Of a stretch of 40,933 nt of DNA, positions 1-10,053 are shown piece by piece. Source of the stretch: Actinomycetota bacterium. GTDB lineage: Bacteria; Actinomycetota; Actinomycetes; S36-B12; UBA5976. Position 1 is the first letter of the stretch; every line of letters starts with the position of its first letter. The notes under the pieces were generated by a model. The model was not told the origin of the DNA and made no database searches. It saw only the letters and a program-made list of their open reading frames with translations. The position numbers and the translations under genes were made by a program. Location of the stretch: NCBI GenBank assembly GCA_046046315.1, contig JBJOKB010000050.1:1-40933 (forward strand). The letters are read 5' to 3'.

Positions 1-179
1 CCCATCAATCCAACAGCTTCTCCGGCTTTTACTTCAAAATTAATATTTCTTAACGCCCAGAAATCGCCTTTAGGGGAAGTATTTTTTTGTTGCAAAAGCA
101 TTTCTCTAATCGAGAAATTTCTCTTCCTGTTGCGTCGGAAATTAATTCCAACATCATTAACTTCTATGACGACACTCAT
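1..179 (-). CDS. ABC polysaccharide/teichoic acid exporter ATP-binding subunit (Wzt/TagH family), N-terminal part, runs off the window
   Basis: ATG at 179 reads MSVVIEVNDVGINFRR...DFWALRNINFEVKAGEAVGLMG, a typical Wzt N-terminus leading into Walker A; lies directly downstream of the permease. Confidence 0.85.
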   Translation of the reverse strand, partial: MSVVIEVNDVGINFRRNRKRNFSIREMLLQQKNTSPKGDFWALRNINFEVKAGEAVGLM

Positions 180-180
180 T

Positions 181-939
181 TTAAACTTCCTTCAAAACAG
201 AACGCTCAACTTTTTTAAAGAACAAGATTCCCAAAACAAATACGATTGATGAAATGATCACCGAAAAGACAATGGGCGTAACTATGTTTGCATCATTCCA
301 AAATCCTGCCCTGTACATCGAGATGATTCCAGTCATGGGATTTAAGTAGGCCAGAGTTTGAAATCTTTCTGGGATATCGGTTACTCCATAAATTATTGGG
401 GTTAAGTAAAACATCATTCTTAACAGGATTCTTAAAATATTGGTTGTATCTCTAGCTAAGACTGTTAATGGAGCCAAAATTAAACCAATTCCAGAAAGCA
501 GCATAAATTGAACAATTAAAGCAAGTGGGATTAAAAAAAGATTCATCGTGACTTCTGCTTTTGCAACTATTGAAATAACTATAAGAATCGGTAATGCCAA
601 AATAAATTCAGCACCTTTAGCACCAATGCTCTTGATAATCCATAGGTATCTAGGAATTGCTATAGATCTAATCATTTTGCTTTCGACAACTAACGACCTT
701 GCGGAATCGGTTACTGCTCCGTTAAACCAAGTCCAAGAAAGTATTCCTGTTAATAAAAATAAAATATAGGGTTGTTCTCCGATTGATTTAGCACCAACTA
801 TGTAGGAGAAAACAAACCAGTAAATTGCTGACATTGCCAATGGATCTAATAAGGTCCAGAAATATCCAAGCCAAGTTCCGGCATATCTAATTTGTAAATC
901 TCGATAAACCAAAATACGAAAGGCGCCAAACTTACCCAA
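181..939 (-). CDS. ABC-2 type polysaccharide exporter permease (Wzm/TagG family)
   Basis: RDLQIRYAGTWLGYFWTLLDPL, FYLTPIIY and LNPMTGII motifs; about 6 TM segments; GGAGGAG SD 10 nt before the TTG. Confidence 0.9.
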   Translation of the reverse strand: MGKFGAFRILVYRDLQIRYAGTWLGYFWTLLDPLAMSAIYWFVFSYIVGAKSIGEQPYILFLLTGILSWTWFNGAVTDSARSLVVESKMIRSIAIPRYLWIIKSIGAKGAEFILALPILIVISIVAKAEVTMNLFLIPLALIVQFMLLSGIGLILAPLTVLARDTTNILRILLRMMFYLTPIIYGVTDIPERFQTLAYLNPMTGIISMYRAGFWNDANIVTPIVFSVIISSIVFVLGILFFKKVERSVLKEV

Positions 940-990
940 AGGGTTCGTTCTCCTCCACGCTCATCAGATGCGATCGCGTTGAATACAAGG

Positions 991-1971
991 TTACAGGCGC
1001 TTGCTTCCTTTCAAGAAACCAACGCCCCAAGCTAAATGCATTGTTGGTAAAACCAAGAGTAAATATAAGCGACTTAGCACACTCAATTTGGAACGAATAC
1101 TTAAAAATCCCAACAAAATAACCGCAAGATAAACCGCGGGAGCAAGCCAACCAATTTGCATCCAATTAATGTTAAAAATTTTAGATATAAAAATAAATAT
1201 AAATCCCGCGACCAATCCACTAACGACTATAGGTGGTGCTAGATATCTCAGCGAAACTGTTTCGGGATAGGTTTTTGTGACTTGTCTTCTCCATTGCCCG
1301 TATTCAAAATATTGTTTTGCTAATTGAAAAATATTTTTTCTGGGTCTATAAGAAACAACAAGATCTGGATTAAACCAAATCTTTCCCCCGGTTTTTCTAA
1401 TTCGATAATTCATTTCCCAATCTTGTGCTCTAATAAAAGATTCGTCAAAATAACCAACTCGTTCAAGAGCAGATTTCTTAAATGTTCCTAAATAAACTGT
1501 ATCTACTTCGCCAGATTTTCCACCAACATGAAATGGTGCGTTACCAACTCCAAATTTTGAAGTCATCGCAGCTGCGACACTTTTTTCAAAAGCATTTGTT
1601 CCTTCGGCTTGCATCAAGCCACCAACGTTGTCTGCATTAGTTTCAATTAATGTTTTCACCGCGTTTTTGATGTAAGTATCTTTAACAATTGCATGCCCAT
1701 CAAGTCGAACTATGATGTCAAATTTTGAATGTTTAATTGCATTGTTCAATGCTGCGGCCGTTTTGCCAGAAGGATTTTGCACGAGGCGAATTCTTTTGTC
1801 TGCTGCTAATTCTTGGGCTATGGAATTCGTGTTATCTTTTGATGGTCCGAGTGCCAAAATAATTTCAAGTTCGCCAGAATAATTCTGATTCAATATTGCT
1901 TCCACTGATTGTTTTAAGAAACGTTCTTCATTTAGAACTGGAATGATCACAGAAACAGCTGGTTCTGACAT
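991..1971 (-). CDS. Family 2 glycosyltransferase (ExoA-like)
   Basis: VSVIIPVLNEE, RLDGH, GGKSGEVDTVYLG, AQDWEMNYRIR, QYFEYGQWR; C-terminal TM helices; ATG at 1971 preferred over GTG at 1983. Confidence 0.9.
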   Translation of the reverse strand: MSEPAVSVIIPVLNEERFLKQSVEAILNQNYSGELEIILALGPSKDNTNSIAQELAADKRIRLVQNPSGKTAAALNNAIKHSKFDIIVRLDGHAIVKDTYIKNAVKTLIETNADNVGGLMQAEGTNAFEKSVAAAMTSKFGVGNAPFHVGGKSGEVDTVYLGTFKKSALERVGYFDESFIRAQDWEMNYRIRKTGGKIWFNPDLVVSYRPRKNIFQLAKQYFEYGQWRRQVTKTYPETVSLRYLAPPIVVSGLVAGFIFIFISKIFNINWMQIGWLAPAVYLAVILLGFLSIRSKLSVLSRLYLLLVLPTMHLAWGVGFLKGSKRL

Positions 1972-2056
1972 TAATTCACCCACTTTTTCTGTTCTTAGAC
2001 AGCAACGCTAGCCGAATATGGAGAAAATTCCTTGAATAAATCATACGATTAATGGT

Positions 2057-3106
2057 GTGGAGAAGAAAAATGGTTTGCCAAACGAATGGTTTAGAGACTC
2101 AAAATCGACTAACCCAAAAAATGTAAGTTCGAAGACCCGTAAACCAAAGAGTCTCAACAAAAGACAAATTGCTTGGGTTTTTCTCGGGGCATTTACTTAT
2201 TGGTTTGTCTTTCTATTACTAATTGCACTTTTCCAATTAAATAAATTATCCATAGAAAGAATTGAGTCAGAAATTCCAAAGTCGCCTGGAAAAACATGGT
2301 TACTAATTGGAAGCGATTCAAGAGATGACATTGATAACCCGGTTCTAAAAGGTGCTCCCTTAGGAAAGTTTGAAGGGCAAAGAAGTGACACGATTTTAAT
2401 CATGAGTGTTCCAAAGATTGGAACTCCTTTACAACTTACAAGTATTCCTCGAGATCTAGTTGTAACAATTCCAGCACATGGAGAAACTGGTGAAAAGAAA
2501 AATAAAATAAATGCAGCATATGCATTTGGCGGACCTAGCCTGTCATTAAATACTGTAGAAAAATTAGTTGGTGTGCAAATGGATAACTATGCAGAAATAG
2601 GTTTTGCTGGACTTGTAAATGTTGTAAATAGTTTTGGTGGAATAAAGGTTTGCCCTTCCCAAGATTTTTCAGATAAAAAATCTGGTTTAGAAATCAAACA
2701 GGGTTGTCAAACAGTAGATGGACTCACAGCTTTGGCTTATTCAAGAATGAGATACGCCGATCCTAAAGGTGATATTGGGAGAACAGAAAGACAGCAAGAA
2801 GTAGTAAAACAAATTATGAAGAAATCTCTTTCACCCTTCACACTTTTAAATCCTTTACGCGCTCCTTTTACTGTTTCAGCTTTAGCTAATGCTGTCACTG
2901 TGAATAAAGGTGTTGGACCATTCGATCTTGTTCCCCTTGTAGTTGCATTAAGAAGTGGTGGAATTGATTCGGCAACTTTGCCTAATAAATCCGGTGGAAA
3001 TGTTGGAGATTTGGGATCTACTAGAAAACTAACAAGTGATGCAGAAGAAGTTTTTAAAGCCTTGCAAGAAGGATCAAAAATACCTACTTTTGAAAGTAAG
3101 GAATAA
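2057..3106 (+). CDS. LytR-CpsA-Psr (LCP) family glycopolymer transferase
   Basis: Single N-terminal TM helix, LLIGSDSR, RSDTI, SIPRD, KINAAYAFGG, YSRMRYADPKGDIGRTERQQ. Confidence 0.92.
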   Translation: MEKKNGLPNEWFRDSKSTNPKNVSSKTRKPKSLNKRQIAWVFLGAFTYWFVFLLLIALFQLNKLSIERIESEIPKSPGKTWLLIGSDSRDDIDNPVLKGAPLGKFEGQRSDTILIMSVPKIGTPLQLTSIPRDLVVTIPAHGETGEKKNKINAAYAFGGPSLSLNTVEKLVGVQMDNYAEIGFAGLVNVVNSFGGIKVCPSQDFSDKKSGLEIKQGCQTVDGLTALAYSRMRYADPKGDIGRTERQQEVVKQIMKKSLSPFTLLNPLRAPFTVSALANAVTVNKGVGPFDLVPLVVALRSGGIDSATLPNKSGGNVGDLGSTRKLTSDAEEVFKALQEGSKIPTFESKE

Positions 3107-4084
3107 TTATTCTGTAATTCTGCCAGTTAAGTAGTCGGCAGCATGATGTGCTCTTTCTAATAAATTCTCTAAATCATGGCCACTTACATTTACATGTCCC
3201 ACTTTGATTCCGTCCTTAACTTCTTTGCCATATAAATGAATTCTTAATTCAGGGTCGTGGGCCATGCAATGCAAAAAGGGTTTATACATATCCAAATATT
3301 TACCACCGAATACATTCACCATGACTGTTGTTGGGGCCAATAAAGTTGGACTACCCAATGGAAGATTAAGAATTGCTCGAAGATGATTTTCAAATTGAGA
3401 TGTTTTTGCTCCATCAATCGTCCAATGACCTGAGTTTGCGGGACCTAATTTTATATCACTAATAACGAACTCGTTGTTTCCTATATCCAGAAATTCTGTT
3501 GTAAATACTCCAGTGATGTCAAATATTTTAGAAATTTTAAGCGCTATGACTTGTAGTTCACTTGCTTTAGCTTCACTTAAGTTTGGGGCTGGTGCAATAA
3601 CTTCATCTAAAATATTTGCAACCTTTTTAATTTCTACCACTGAATAAACTACGGTCTGACCATGCTCAGACCTAACCGCTTGCACAGCGAGTAATCGATT
3701 ATGTTTTGAATTGTCACCATTCACAGGTAGATCTTGTTCAATTAAAGATTGTTTTACAAAATCTATTCTTTGAAGATTTTCAATAGTTGAAATTCTTGGG
3801 TTAAATTTAGTTCCATTATTTTCTAATTCTCTTAACATCCCAATAGATGAATCATTTGTATCAAATGTGATCACATCTACTTGAGAAGCAAAAGAAGAAA
3901 GATCAGAAAAATCTTTACTATTTCCAATTGTCACGCTATTTGAAATTAATGCAGCACTTTCTTCAGCATTATTGGAAAGAATTTTGATTTTTATATTCAA
4001 TCGAGAAGAAGCTTCTAATAACATTCGGGCTATTTGTCCCGAACCAATAATTCCAACTGTAGGAAAGAATTGATTACTTTTCAC
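3107..4084 (-). CDS. purK: PurK (N5-CAIR synthetase) homologue, internally deleted and probably catalytically degenerate
   Basis: VGIIGSGQIARM N-terminus, NSGHWTIDGAKTSQFENHLRA, HLYGKE...KVGHVN; lacks the ATP-grasp GYDGKG loop region. Confidence 0.8.
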   Translation of the reverse strand: MKSNQFFPTVGIIGSGQIARMLLEASSRLNIKIKILSNNAEESAALISNSVTIGNSKDFSDLSSFASQVDVITFDTNDSSIGMLRELENNGTKFNPRISTIENLQRIDFVKQSLIEQDLPVNGDNSKHNRLLAVQAVRSEHGQTVVYSVVEIKKVANILDEVIAPAPNLSEAKASELQVIALKISKIFDITGVFTTEFLDIGNNEFVISDIKLGPANSGHWTIDGAKTSQFENHLRAILNLPLGSPTLLAPTTVMVNVFGGKYLDMYKPFLHCMAHDPELRIHLYGKEVKDGIKVGHVNVSGHDLENLLERAHHAADYLTGRITE

Positions 4085-4093
4085 AATAGAATC

Positions 4094-4903
4094 TTAACTA
4101 ACAATATGAATATCGGCAGAACTTAGTTTTGTAACTTCATTTTCTGATTTAATCACAAGTTCTCCTTGAGATGAAATATCAATTGCAATTGCTTTTATCT
4201 TTTTGCCACCAGGAATAATTGCTTCTATTTCTTTGTTTAGGGTGAGACAATTTGATTTATAATCCCTCACAGTTGATGGAGTGGGAAAATTCTCCGCATT
4301 ATTCTCTTCATTCCATCTTGCACTTAGTTCTGTGAGTAATGCTGCTATCAAGGCTTCTTTTGACATAGGTGTTAGCAAAATTTCCTTTAATGATGACGCA
4401 TTAGCAATAGGCAATTCAGACTTATCTTGATCAAAATTTATTCCTATTCCGACAACAACATCTTCTTTAATTTTTTCAAGCAATATTCCAGCAAATTTAT
4501 ATTCTTTAGATTCTTCAACTAGCACTAGATCGTTTGGCCACTTTATTTTTATGTTTTTCCTGGTTTCAGGTTGTAAAATTTTTAATATTGTCAATCCAAT
4601 AAGTAAAGGTATCCAACCTATATTTTGCTGATTATTTGGTTTTAAAATTATTGAAAGAAAAACGGATGAGTTTTTTGGTGCTTCCCAATTTCTATCTTGC
4701 CTTCCTCTTCCTTGAGTTTGGTAATTAGCCAGAACAAAAGTACCTTCTTCAGAATTAGTTTCAACCAAATTTCGTGCCACATCATTCGTGGAAGTAACTT
4801 CATCATTGACTATGGCTTTTTTCCACAAACACCTGCGAATGAGCAGTTCGTGCTCCAATAATTGAGCATCCAGCGGTGCTCGATTCTTGAAATTTTCGGT
4901 CAC
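4094..4903 (-). CDS. birA: Biotin--protein ligase (no N-terminal HTH)
   Basis: STND, QTQGRGRQDRNW, IKWPND, KFAGIL, GIGIN; GTG at 4903 preferred because TACGGT lies 6 nt upstream and it avoids overlap with the divergent gene. Confidence 0.92.
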   Translation of the reverse strand: MTENFKNRAPLDAQLLEHELLIRRCLWKKAIVNDEVTSTNDVARNLVETNSEEGTFVLANYQTQGRGRQDRNWEAPKNSSVFLSIILKPNNQQNIGWIPLLIGLTILKILQPETRKNIKIKWPNDLVLVEESKEYKFAGILLEKIKEDVVVGIGINFDQDKSELPIANASSLKEILLTPMSKEALIAALLTELSARWNEENNAENFPTPSTVRDYKSNCLTLNKEIEAIIPGGKKIKAIAIDISSQGELVIKSENEVTKLSSADIHIVS

Positions 4904-4946
4904 ACTGTTACCGTACGACAAGAACCTTTTTTTGTGAGAGGACCAC

Positions 4947-6536
4947 GTGGGTAACAAGTCGAGTGACGGTGCAAATCCTCGCACAACCGCGTCAAAATTA
5001 GCTCATTTATCCAAAATCAAAAAAGAAATACACGAAGACCAAGCTAAAAATGCATCTGAAAAACAACATGCCAAAGGTAAACAAAGCGCCAGAGAAAGAT
5101 TAGCTTCATTACTTGATCCTGAATCGTTTCAAGAAATAGATGAATTAGTAAAGCACCAAAAAAATAACTTTGGAATGGATAAGAATCGTCCAGCCGGAGA
5201 TGGAGTAATAACTGGATTTGGAACGATCGACGGTCGTCCTGTTTATGTTTACTCTCAAGATTTCACCGCAATGGGTGGTTCATTAGGTGAAGCTATGGGT
5301 GGAAAAATTGTTAAGTTAATGGACTTAGCAATTAAATCTGGTGCACCAATAATTGGAATAAATGATTCAGGTGGCGCAAGAATTCAAGAAGGTGTTGCTT
5401 CTCTTGCAATGTATGGAGAAATATTTCTAAGAAATACCAGAGCCTCGGGAGTAATTCCTCAAATTTCTATCATTATGGGGCCTTGCGCCGGTGGTGCTGT
5501 TTACTCTCCAGCTTTAACTGATTTTGTTGTGATGGTTGATAAAACTTCTCACATGTTTATTACTGGTCCTGATGTTATTAAAACCGTTACTGGAGAAGAA
5601 GTTTCCTTTGAAGATTTAGGTGGTGCAAGAGCCCATGCAACTAAATCTGGAGTTGCCCATTACATGGCAAGTGATGAAGAAGATGCTTTGGATTATGTTC
5701 GAACACTTTTAAGTTTCCTACCTTCAAACAATGCTGAACCTGCACAACATTTCGAATCCAAAGTTGATTTACAAATAAATCAGCATGATTTGGAAATAGA
5801 TTCATTAGTTCCAGATTCCCCAAACCAGCCATATGACATGCATGTTTTGGTCAAACATGTTTTAGATGACGATGAATTTTTTGAAATACACGGTGGTTGG
5901 GCTCCAAATATCATGGTTGGTTTTGGCCGAATTGAAGGACAAAGTGTAGGCATAGTGGCAAATCAACCAATGCAATTTGCAGGAACTTTAGATATTGAAG
6001 CTTCAGAAAAAGCAGCAAGATTTGTTAGAACTTGTGATGCTTTTAATATTCCAATCATTACTTTTGTTGACGTACCAGGATTTCTACCAGGCGTAGATCA
6101 AGAGTACGGCGGAATAATCAGACGAGGCGCAAAATTAATTTATGCTTATGCTGAAGCTACCGTTCCTTTAATAACGGTTATCACCAGAAAAGCTTATGGT
6201 GGTGCTTACATTGTTATGGGTTCAAAGCATCTTGGTGCAGATTTAAATTTTGCTTGGCCGACTGCTCAAGTTGCCGTCATGGGCGCACAAGGTGCGGTAA
6301 ATATTTTGTTCAGAAAAGAAATAACCGGTGCTAAAGATCCAGTGGCAGAACGAGCAGACAAAATCAATGAATATGAAGAAGCATTCGATAATCCATACGT
6401 AGCAGCAGAGCGCGGTTGGATAGATGCTGTTATTTCACCAAGTGAAACCAGAATTCGAATAATTAGGGGTCTTCGCCAATTAATTACTAAACGCGAATCT
6501 ATGCCTCCTAAAAAACATGGAAATATCCCACTATGA
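4947..6536 (+). CDS. pccB: Acyl-CoA (propionyl-CoA) carboxylase carboxyltransferase beta subunit (AccD5/PccB type)
   Basis: [43 protein letters not shown]-terminal [10 protein letters not shown]. Confidence 0.93.
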   Translation: MGNKSSDGANPRTTASKLAHLSKIKKEIHEDQAKNASEKQHAKGKQSARERLASLLDPESFQEIDELVKHQKNNFGMDKNRPAGDGVITGFGTIDGRPVYVYSQDFTAMGGSLGEAMGGKIVKLMDLAIKSGAPIIGINDSGGARIQEGVASLAMYGEIFLRNTRASGVIPQISIIMGPCAGGAVYSPALTDFVVMVDKTSHMFITGPDVIKTVTGEEVSFEDLGGARAHATKSGVAHYMASDEEDALDYVRTLLSFLPSNNAEPAQHFESKVDLQINQHDLEIDSLVPDSPNQPYDMHVLVKHVLDDDEFFEIHGGWAPNIMVGFGRIEGQSVGIVANQPMQFAGTLDIEASEKAARFVRTCDAFNIPIITFVDVPGFLPGVDQEYGGIIRRGAKLIYAYAEATVPLITVITRKAYGGAYIVMGSKHLGADLNFAWPTAQVAVMGAQGAVNILFRKEITGAKDPVAERADKINEYEEAFDNPYVAAERGWIDAVISPSETRIRIIRGLRQLITKRESMPPKKHGNIPL

Positions 6537-6748
6537 CAAAACCCCTTGAATTCCAAATCATTAGAGGAAATCCGACTGCAGATGAAATTGCTGCAATTCA
6601 TGTAGCACTTCAAGTTGCTAAAAATTCTTCGGAAGAGTTAGGTAAACAAAAGAAACGAATTAGTAATTGGAATAGTCCCCAATTTAGATTTAGAAATACC
6701 CCACAACTAAATAGTGGCTGGCAATACTCTTACCTACCTGGAGCATGA
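6533..6748 (+). CDS. accE: Acyl-CoA carboxylase epsilon subunit
   Basis: [13 protein letters not shown] motif with downstream Trp residues; ATGA overlap with the beta subunit stop. Confidence 0.85.
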   Translation: MTKPLEFQIIRGNPTADEIAAIHVALQVAKNSSEELGKQKKRISNWNSPQFRFRNTPQLNSGWQYSYLPGA

Positions 6749-7362
6749 GTTTTCCAGTCATCCTGGCTTCAGCATCTCCGGCCAGATTGATGCTTCTGCG
6801 AAGCCAAAACATTCAACCGATCGTAATTGCATCTGAAATAAACGAAAAAGAAATCGAAAAAAAGTTTAAGAATTCTCCTACTTCAGATGTAGTTAAAGAG
6901 CTTTCAAATGCTAAAGCGAATTATGTTTTAAACAATAATGTTTCCCTTATCAACGGAATTTTAATTGCTGCAGATTCAATGCTTGAATTTGAATCTCAAA
7001 GTTTAGGAAAACCAATAACTGCAGAAAATGCGATAAATAGATGGAAGCAAATGCGAGGCAAATCAGGAATTTTACACACAGGTCACACTGTTATTCGTCT
7101 GGATAATAAAAATACAATTACAAGAGTAATCTCTACAAAAGTTGAATTTGCCAATCTCGATGATCAAGAAATAATTGATTATGTTGCTACAAAAGAACCA
7201 TTAAACGTTGCAGGTGCCTTCACTATTGATTCATTAGGTGCAGCATTTGTGAAAGAAGTCAAAGGCGATCACAGCAATGTCATAGGCTTATCTCTTCCCA
7301 CGCTTAGAGAAATTGTTCGTGAACTTGGGCTCTCGTGGACTTCATTGTGGGAAATGGCTTAA
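6745..7362 (+). CDS. maf: Maf family nucleoside triphosphate pyrophosphatase
   Basis: ILASASPAR, AADS...LGKP, EPLNVAGAFTID, GDHSNVIGLSLP. Confidence 0.93.
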   Translation: MSFPVILASASPARLMLLRSQNIQPIVIASEINEKEIEKKFKNSPTSDVVKELSNAKANYVLNNNVSLINGILIAADSMLEFESQSLGKPITAENAINRWKQMRGKSGILHTGHTVIRLDNKNTITRVISTKVEFANLDDQEIIDYVATKEPLNVAGAFTIDSLGAAFVKEVKGDHSNVIGLSLPTLREIVRELGLSWTSLWEMA

Positions 7363-7373
7363 AGTAATAAATC

Positions 7374-9158
7374 ATGGCTACATCTGGCTCACAAAATATT
7401 TCAATTACAAAAATTCTAATCGCCAATCGGGGTGAAATTGCTGTTCGTATTGCCAGAGCTTGTAAAGACTCTGGAATTTCAAGTGTCGCAATTTATGCAG
7501 AAGCAGATAGAGATGCATTACATGTATTGCATGCCGATGAAGCTTATTCTTTAAATGGAAATATTGCCTCAGAAACTTATTTATCGATTCCAAAAATTTT
7601 AGAAATCGCTAAACGTTCTGGTGCTGATGCAATACATCCTGGTTATGGATTTCTTTCAGAGAATGCTGACTTTGCTCAAAGTGTTATTGATGCTGGTTTG
7701 ATCTGGATTGGACCTCCCCCTGCAGCAATTAAATCTTTAGGAGACAAAGTTCAAGCAAGACACATCGCTGCAAAAGTTGGAGCACCATTAGTACCTGGAA
7801 CTAAAGATCCAGTTAAAGATGCAAGTGAAGTTGTTGAGTTTGCCAATAAACACGGTCTACCTATTGCAATTAAAGCAGCTTTTGGTGGTGGTGGACGTGG
7901 ACTTAAGGTTGCCCGAAATCAAGAAGAAATTGTGGAACTTTACGAATCTGCTGTTCGAGAGGCAACTGCAGCTTTTGGTCGTGGTGAATGTTTTGTCGAA
8001 AGATATTTAGATAGACCAAGACACGTAGAGACCCAATGTTTAGCTGATCAATACGGAAACGTTGTTGTTGTTTCAACCAGAGATTGTTCCTTGCAAAGAA
8101 GGCATCAAAAATTAGTTGAAGAAGCTCCAGCTCCATTTTTAACCGATGATCAAAGAAGACAACTTTATGATTCTTCAAAAGCTATTTTGAAAGAAGCTAA
8201 ATATGAAGGTGCTGGAACTTGTGAATTCTTAATTGGACAAGACGGAACCATTTCGTTTCTAGAAGTTAATACTCGTTTACAGGTCGAACATCCAGTAAGT
8301 GAAGAAGTTACTGGAATAGATTTAGTCAGAGAGCAAATAAGAATTGCCAGTGGGGAAAAACTTGGATACCACGATCCAATAATTAATGGCCACAGTATTG
8401 AATTTCGAATTAATGGAGAAGATCCAGGAAGAAATTTTCTTCCAGCACCTGGACAGCTAAAAGTTTGGAAAGAACCAAGCGGTACAGGTGTAAGAGTTGA
8501 TGCTGGATTCAAACAAGGTGATGTAATTGGTGGAAACTTTGATTCACTTCTTGCCAAATTAATTGTTACGGGTGCGACCCGAAAAGAAGCCATAGAAAGA
8601 GCAAAACGAGCATTAAGTGAATTTGAGGCAGAAGGAATAGCTACTGCACTTCCATTCCACAGGGCAGTTCTCAACGATGTTGCCTTTGCTCCAGTTGATG
8701 AATTTCAAAAATTCAGTGTTTACACAAGCTGGATTGAGAATGAATTTAAGAATGAAATTCCTCAATACAAAGATTCTTCAACCCCCAATTCAATTGATGA
8801 AAGAACTTCTTTAGTTTTAGAACTAAATGGAAAAAGAATTGAAATTACGATGCCAAATGGATTAACTTCCGGAGGAGTAAAGCAAAAGAAACCTCCAGTT
8901 GCAAGGCATCAAAGAACGACCTTGGGTTCACTTGACTCAGATGCCGTGCAAAGCCCAATGCAAGGAACCGTTGTAAAAATTGCTGTTAAGAATGGGCAAT
9001 CAGTCAGCGAAGGTGAACTGCTTTTCGTAATTGAGGCCATGAAAATGGAGCAACCTATTTCTGCCCACAAATCTGGGGTTGTTAGTGAACTGTCTGTTGA
9101 AGTTGGTGCATCTGTTGCAAACGGTGCAGTACTTCTCGAAATTAGGGATCCTGCCTAA
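7374..9158 (+). CDS. accA: Acetyl/propionyl-CoA carboxylase alpha subunit (biotin carboxylase + BCCP; AccA3/BccA type)
   Basis: [43 protein letters not shown], biotinylation motif EAMKM. Confidence 0.95.
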   Translation: MATSGSQNISITKILIANRGEIAVRIARACKDSGISSVAIYAEADRDALHVLHADEAYSLNGNIASETYLSIPKILEIAKRSGADAIHPGYGFLSENADFAQSVIDAGLIWIGPPPAAIKSLGDKVQARHIAAKVGAPLVPGTKDPVKDASEVVEFANKHGLPIAIKAAFGGGGRGLKVARNQEEIVELYESAVREATAAFGRGECFVERYLDRPRHVETQCLADQYGNVVVVSTRDCSLQRRHQKLVEEAPAPFLTDDQRRQLYDSSKAILKEAKYEGAGTCEFLIGQDGTISFLEVNTRLQVEHPVSEEVTGIDLVREQIRIASGEKLGYHDPIINGHSIEFRINGEDPGRNFLPAPGQLKVWKEPSGTGVRVDAGFKQGDVIGGNFDSLLAKLIVTGATRKEAIERAKRALSEFEAEGIATALPFHRAVLNDVAFAPVDEFQKFSVYTSWIENEFKNEIPQYKDSSTPNSIDERTSLVLELNGKRIEITMPNGLTSGGVKQKKPPVARHQRTTLGSLDSDAVQSPMQGTVVKIAVKNGQSVSEGELLFVIEAMKMEQPISAHKSGVVSELSVEVGASVANGAVLLEIRDPA

Positions 9159-9166
9159 GTAAATCT

Positions 9167-9182
9167 TGTGTGACATTTCACA
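9167..9182. promoter_or_regulatory. CRP/GlxR-like (or Rex-like) palindromic operator upstream of the sdh operon
   Basis: TGTGT-GACATT-TCACA, one mismatch to TGTGA-N6-TCACA. Confidence 0.5.
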
Positions 9183-9228
9183 TCAGATTGAACAACTTTC
9201 ACCTATGCAGCAATACCCAGTACAGGAC

Positions 9229-9234
9229 TAAACT
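9229..9234 (+). promoter_or_regulatory. -10 element of a leaderless sdh transcript
   Basis: TAAACT 6 nt upstream of ATG 9241. Confidence 0.55.
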
Positions 9235-9240
9235 CAAGCC

Positions 9241-10047
9241 ATGGCAATTAGCTCAATGGATCGCGGTGTTGGCTCTGACGCTCGGGCCAAAATTGGGTTT
9301 CGACATTTAAGAGTTGATAAATGGTGGGTTCAGCCAGCCATTTCAGTTTTTGTTTTAGTTTCTTTCATTATTTATTCCACCATCAGAGCATTTGAAAATA
9401 AATATTATTTCGTCGAACCTTTGATTTCACCTTTTTATTCTCCATGCCTTGCCACAAGTTGCATTGAAGGTTCATCACATTTAGGTCAACCAATTGGTAG
9501 TTGGTGGATCTTTTCTCCTGCACTACTTATTTTGGTTTTTCCTTTAGGTTTTCGTTTGACCTGCTACTACTACAGAAAAACTTATTATCGTTCTTTTTGG
9601 TTATCACCTCCAGCATGTGCAGTTGCAGAACCACATCTGTCTTATTCAGGAGAAACTAAATCTCCATTAATTTTGCAAAATTCACACAGATACTTCTTTA
9701 TCGCAGGTTTAGTCTTCAATGTATTACTTACTTATGACGCATTAATTGCATTTAAGAATGCTGAAGGCCAATGGGGACATATGAGCGTTGGTACTTTGGT
9801 TTTGTTAGCTAACGCAACATTTTTATGGCTGTATTCTCTGTCTTGTCATTCTTGTCGTCACATTCTTGGTGGAAGATTAAAGCATTTCAGTAAGCATCCA
9901 GTTCGTTATAAAACCTGGACTATAATTTCTAAATTAAATGCACATCATCCTAAATTTGCATGGATTTCTTTAATAGGTGTAGCGCTATGTGATTTATATG
10001 TAAGACAAGTTGCAAGTGGTTCAATAACGAATTTCTATTTCTTCTAA
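9241..10047 (+). CDS. Succinate dehydrogenase membrane anchor, mycobacterial Sdh1 (Rv0249c-like) type
   Basis: SPFYSPC, FRLTCYYYRKTYYRSFWLSPPACAVAEPH, SCHSCRH motifs; precedes flavoprotein and Fe-S subunits. Confidence 0.85.
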   Translation: MAISSMDRGVGSDARAKIGFRHLRVDKWWVQPAISVFVLVSFIIYSTIRAFENKYYFVEPLISPFYSPCLATSCIEGSSHLGQPIGSWWIFSPALLILVFPLGFRLTCYYYRKTYYRSFWLSPPACAVAEPHLSYSGETKSPLILQNSHRYFFIAGLVFNVLLTYDALIAFKNAEGQWGHMSVGTLVLLANATFLWLYSLSCHSCRHILGGRLKHFSKHPVRYKTWTIISKLNAHHPKFAWISLIGVALCDLYVRQVASGSITNFYFF

Positions 10048-10053
10048 AGGGGA

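Noticed and set aside
932-1165. 77-aa ORF, or a frameshifted N-terminus of the Wzm permease
   Set aside because: Mostly overlaps the GT2 gene; the permease has its own strong SD (GGAGGAG) before TTG 939 and is of normal length
4904-4984. N-terminal extension of BirA overlapping the carboxylase beta gene
   Set aside because: Better explained by a leaderless GTG start at 4903
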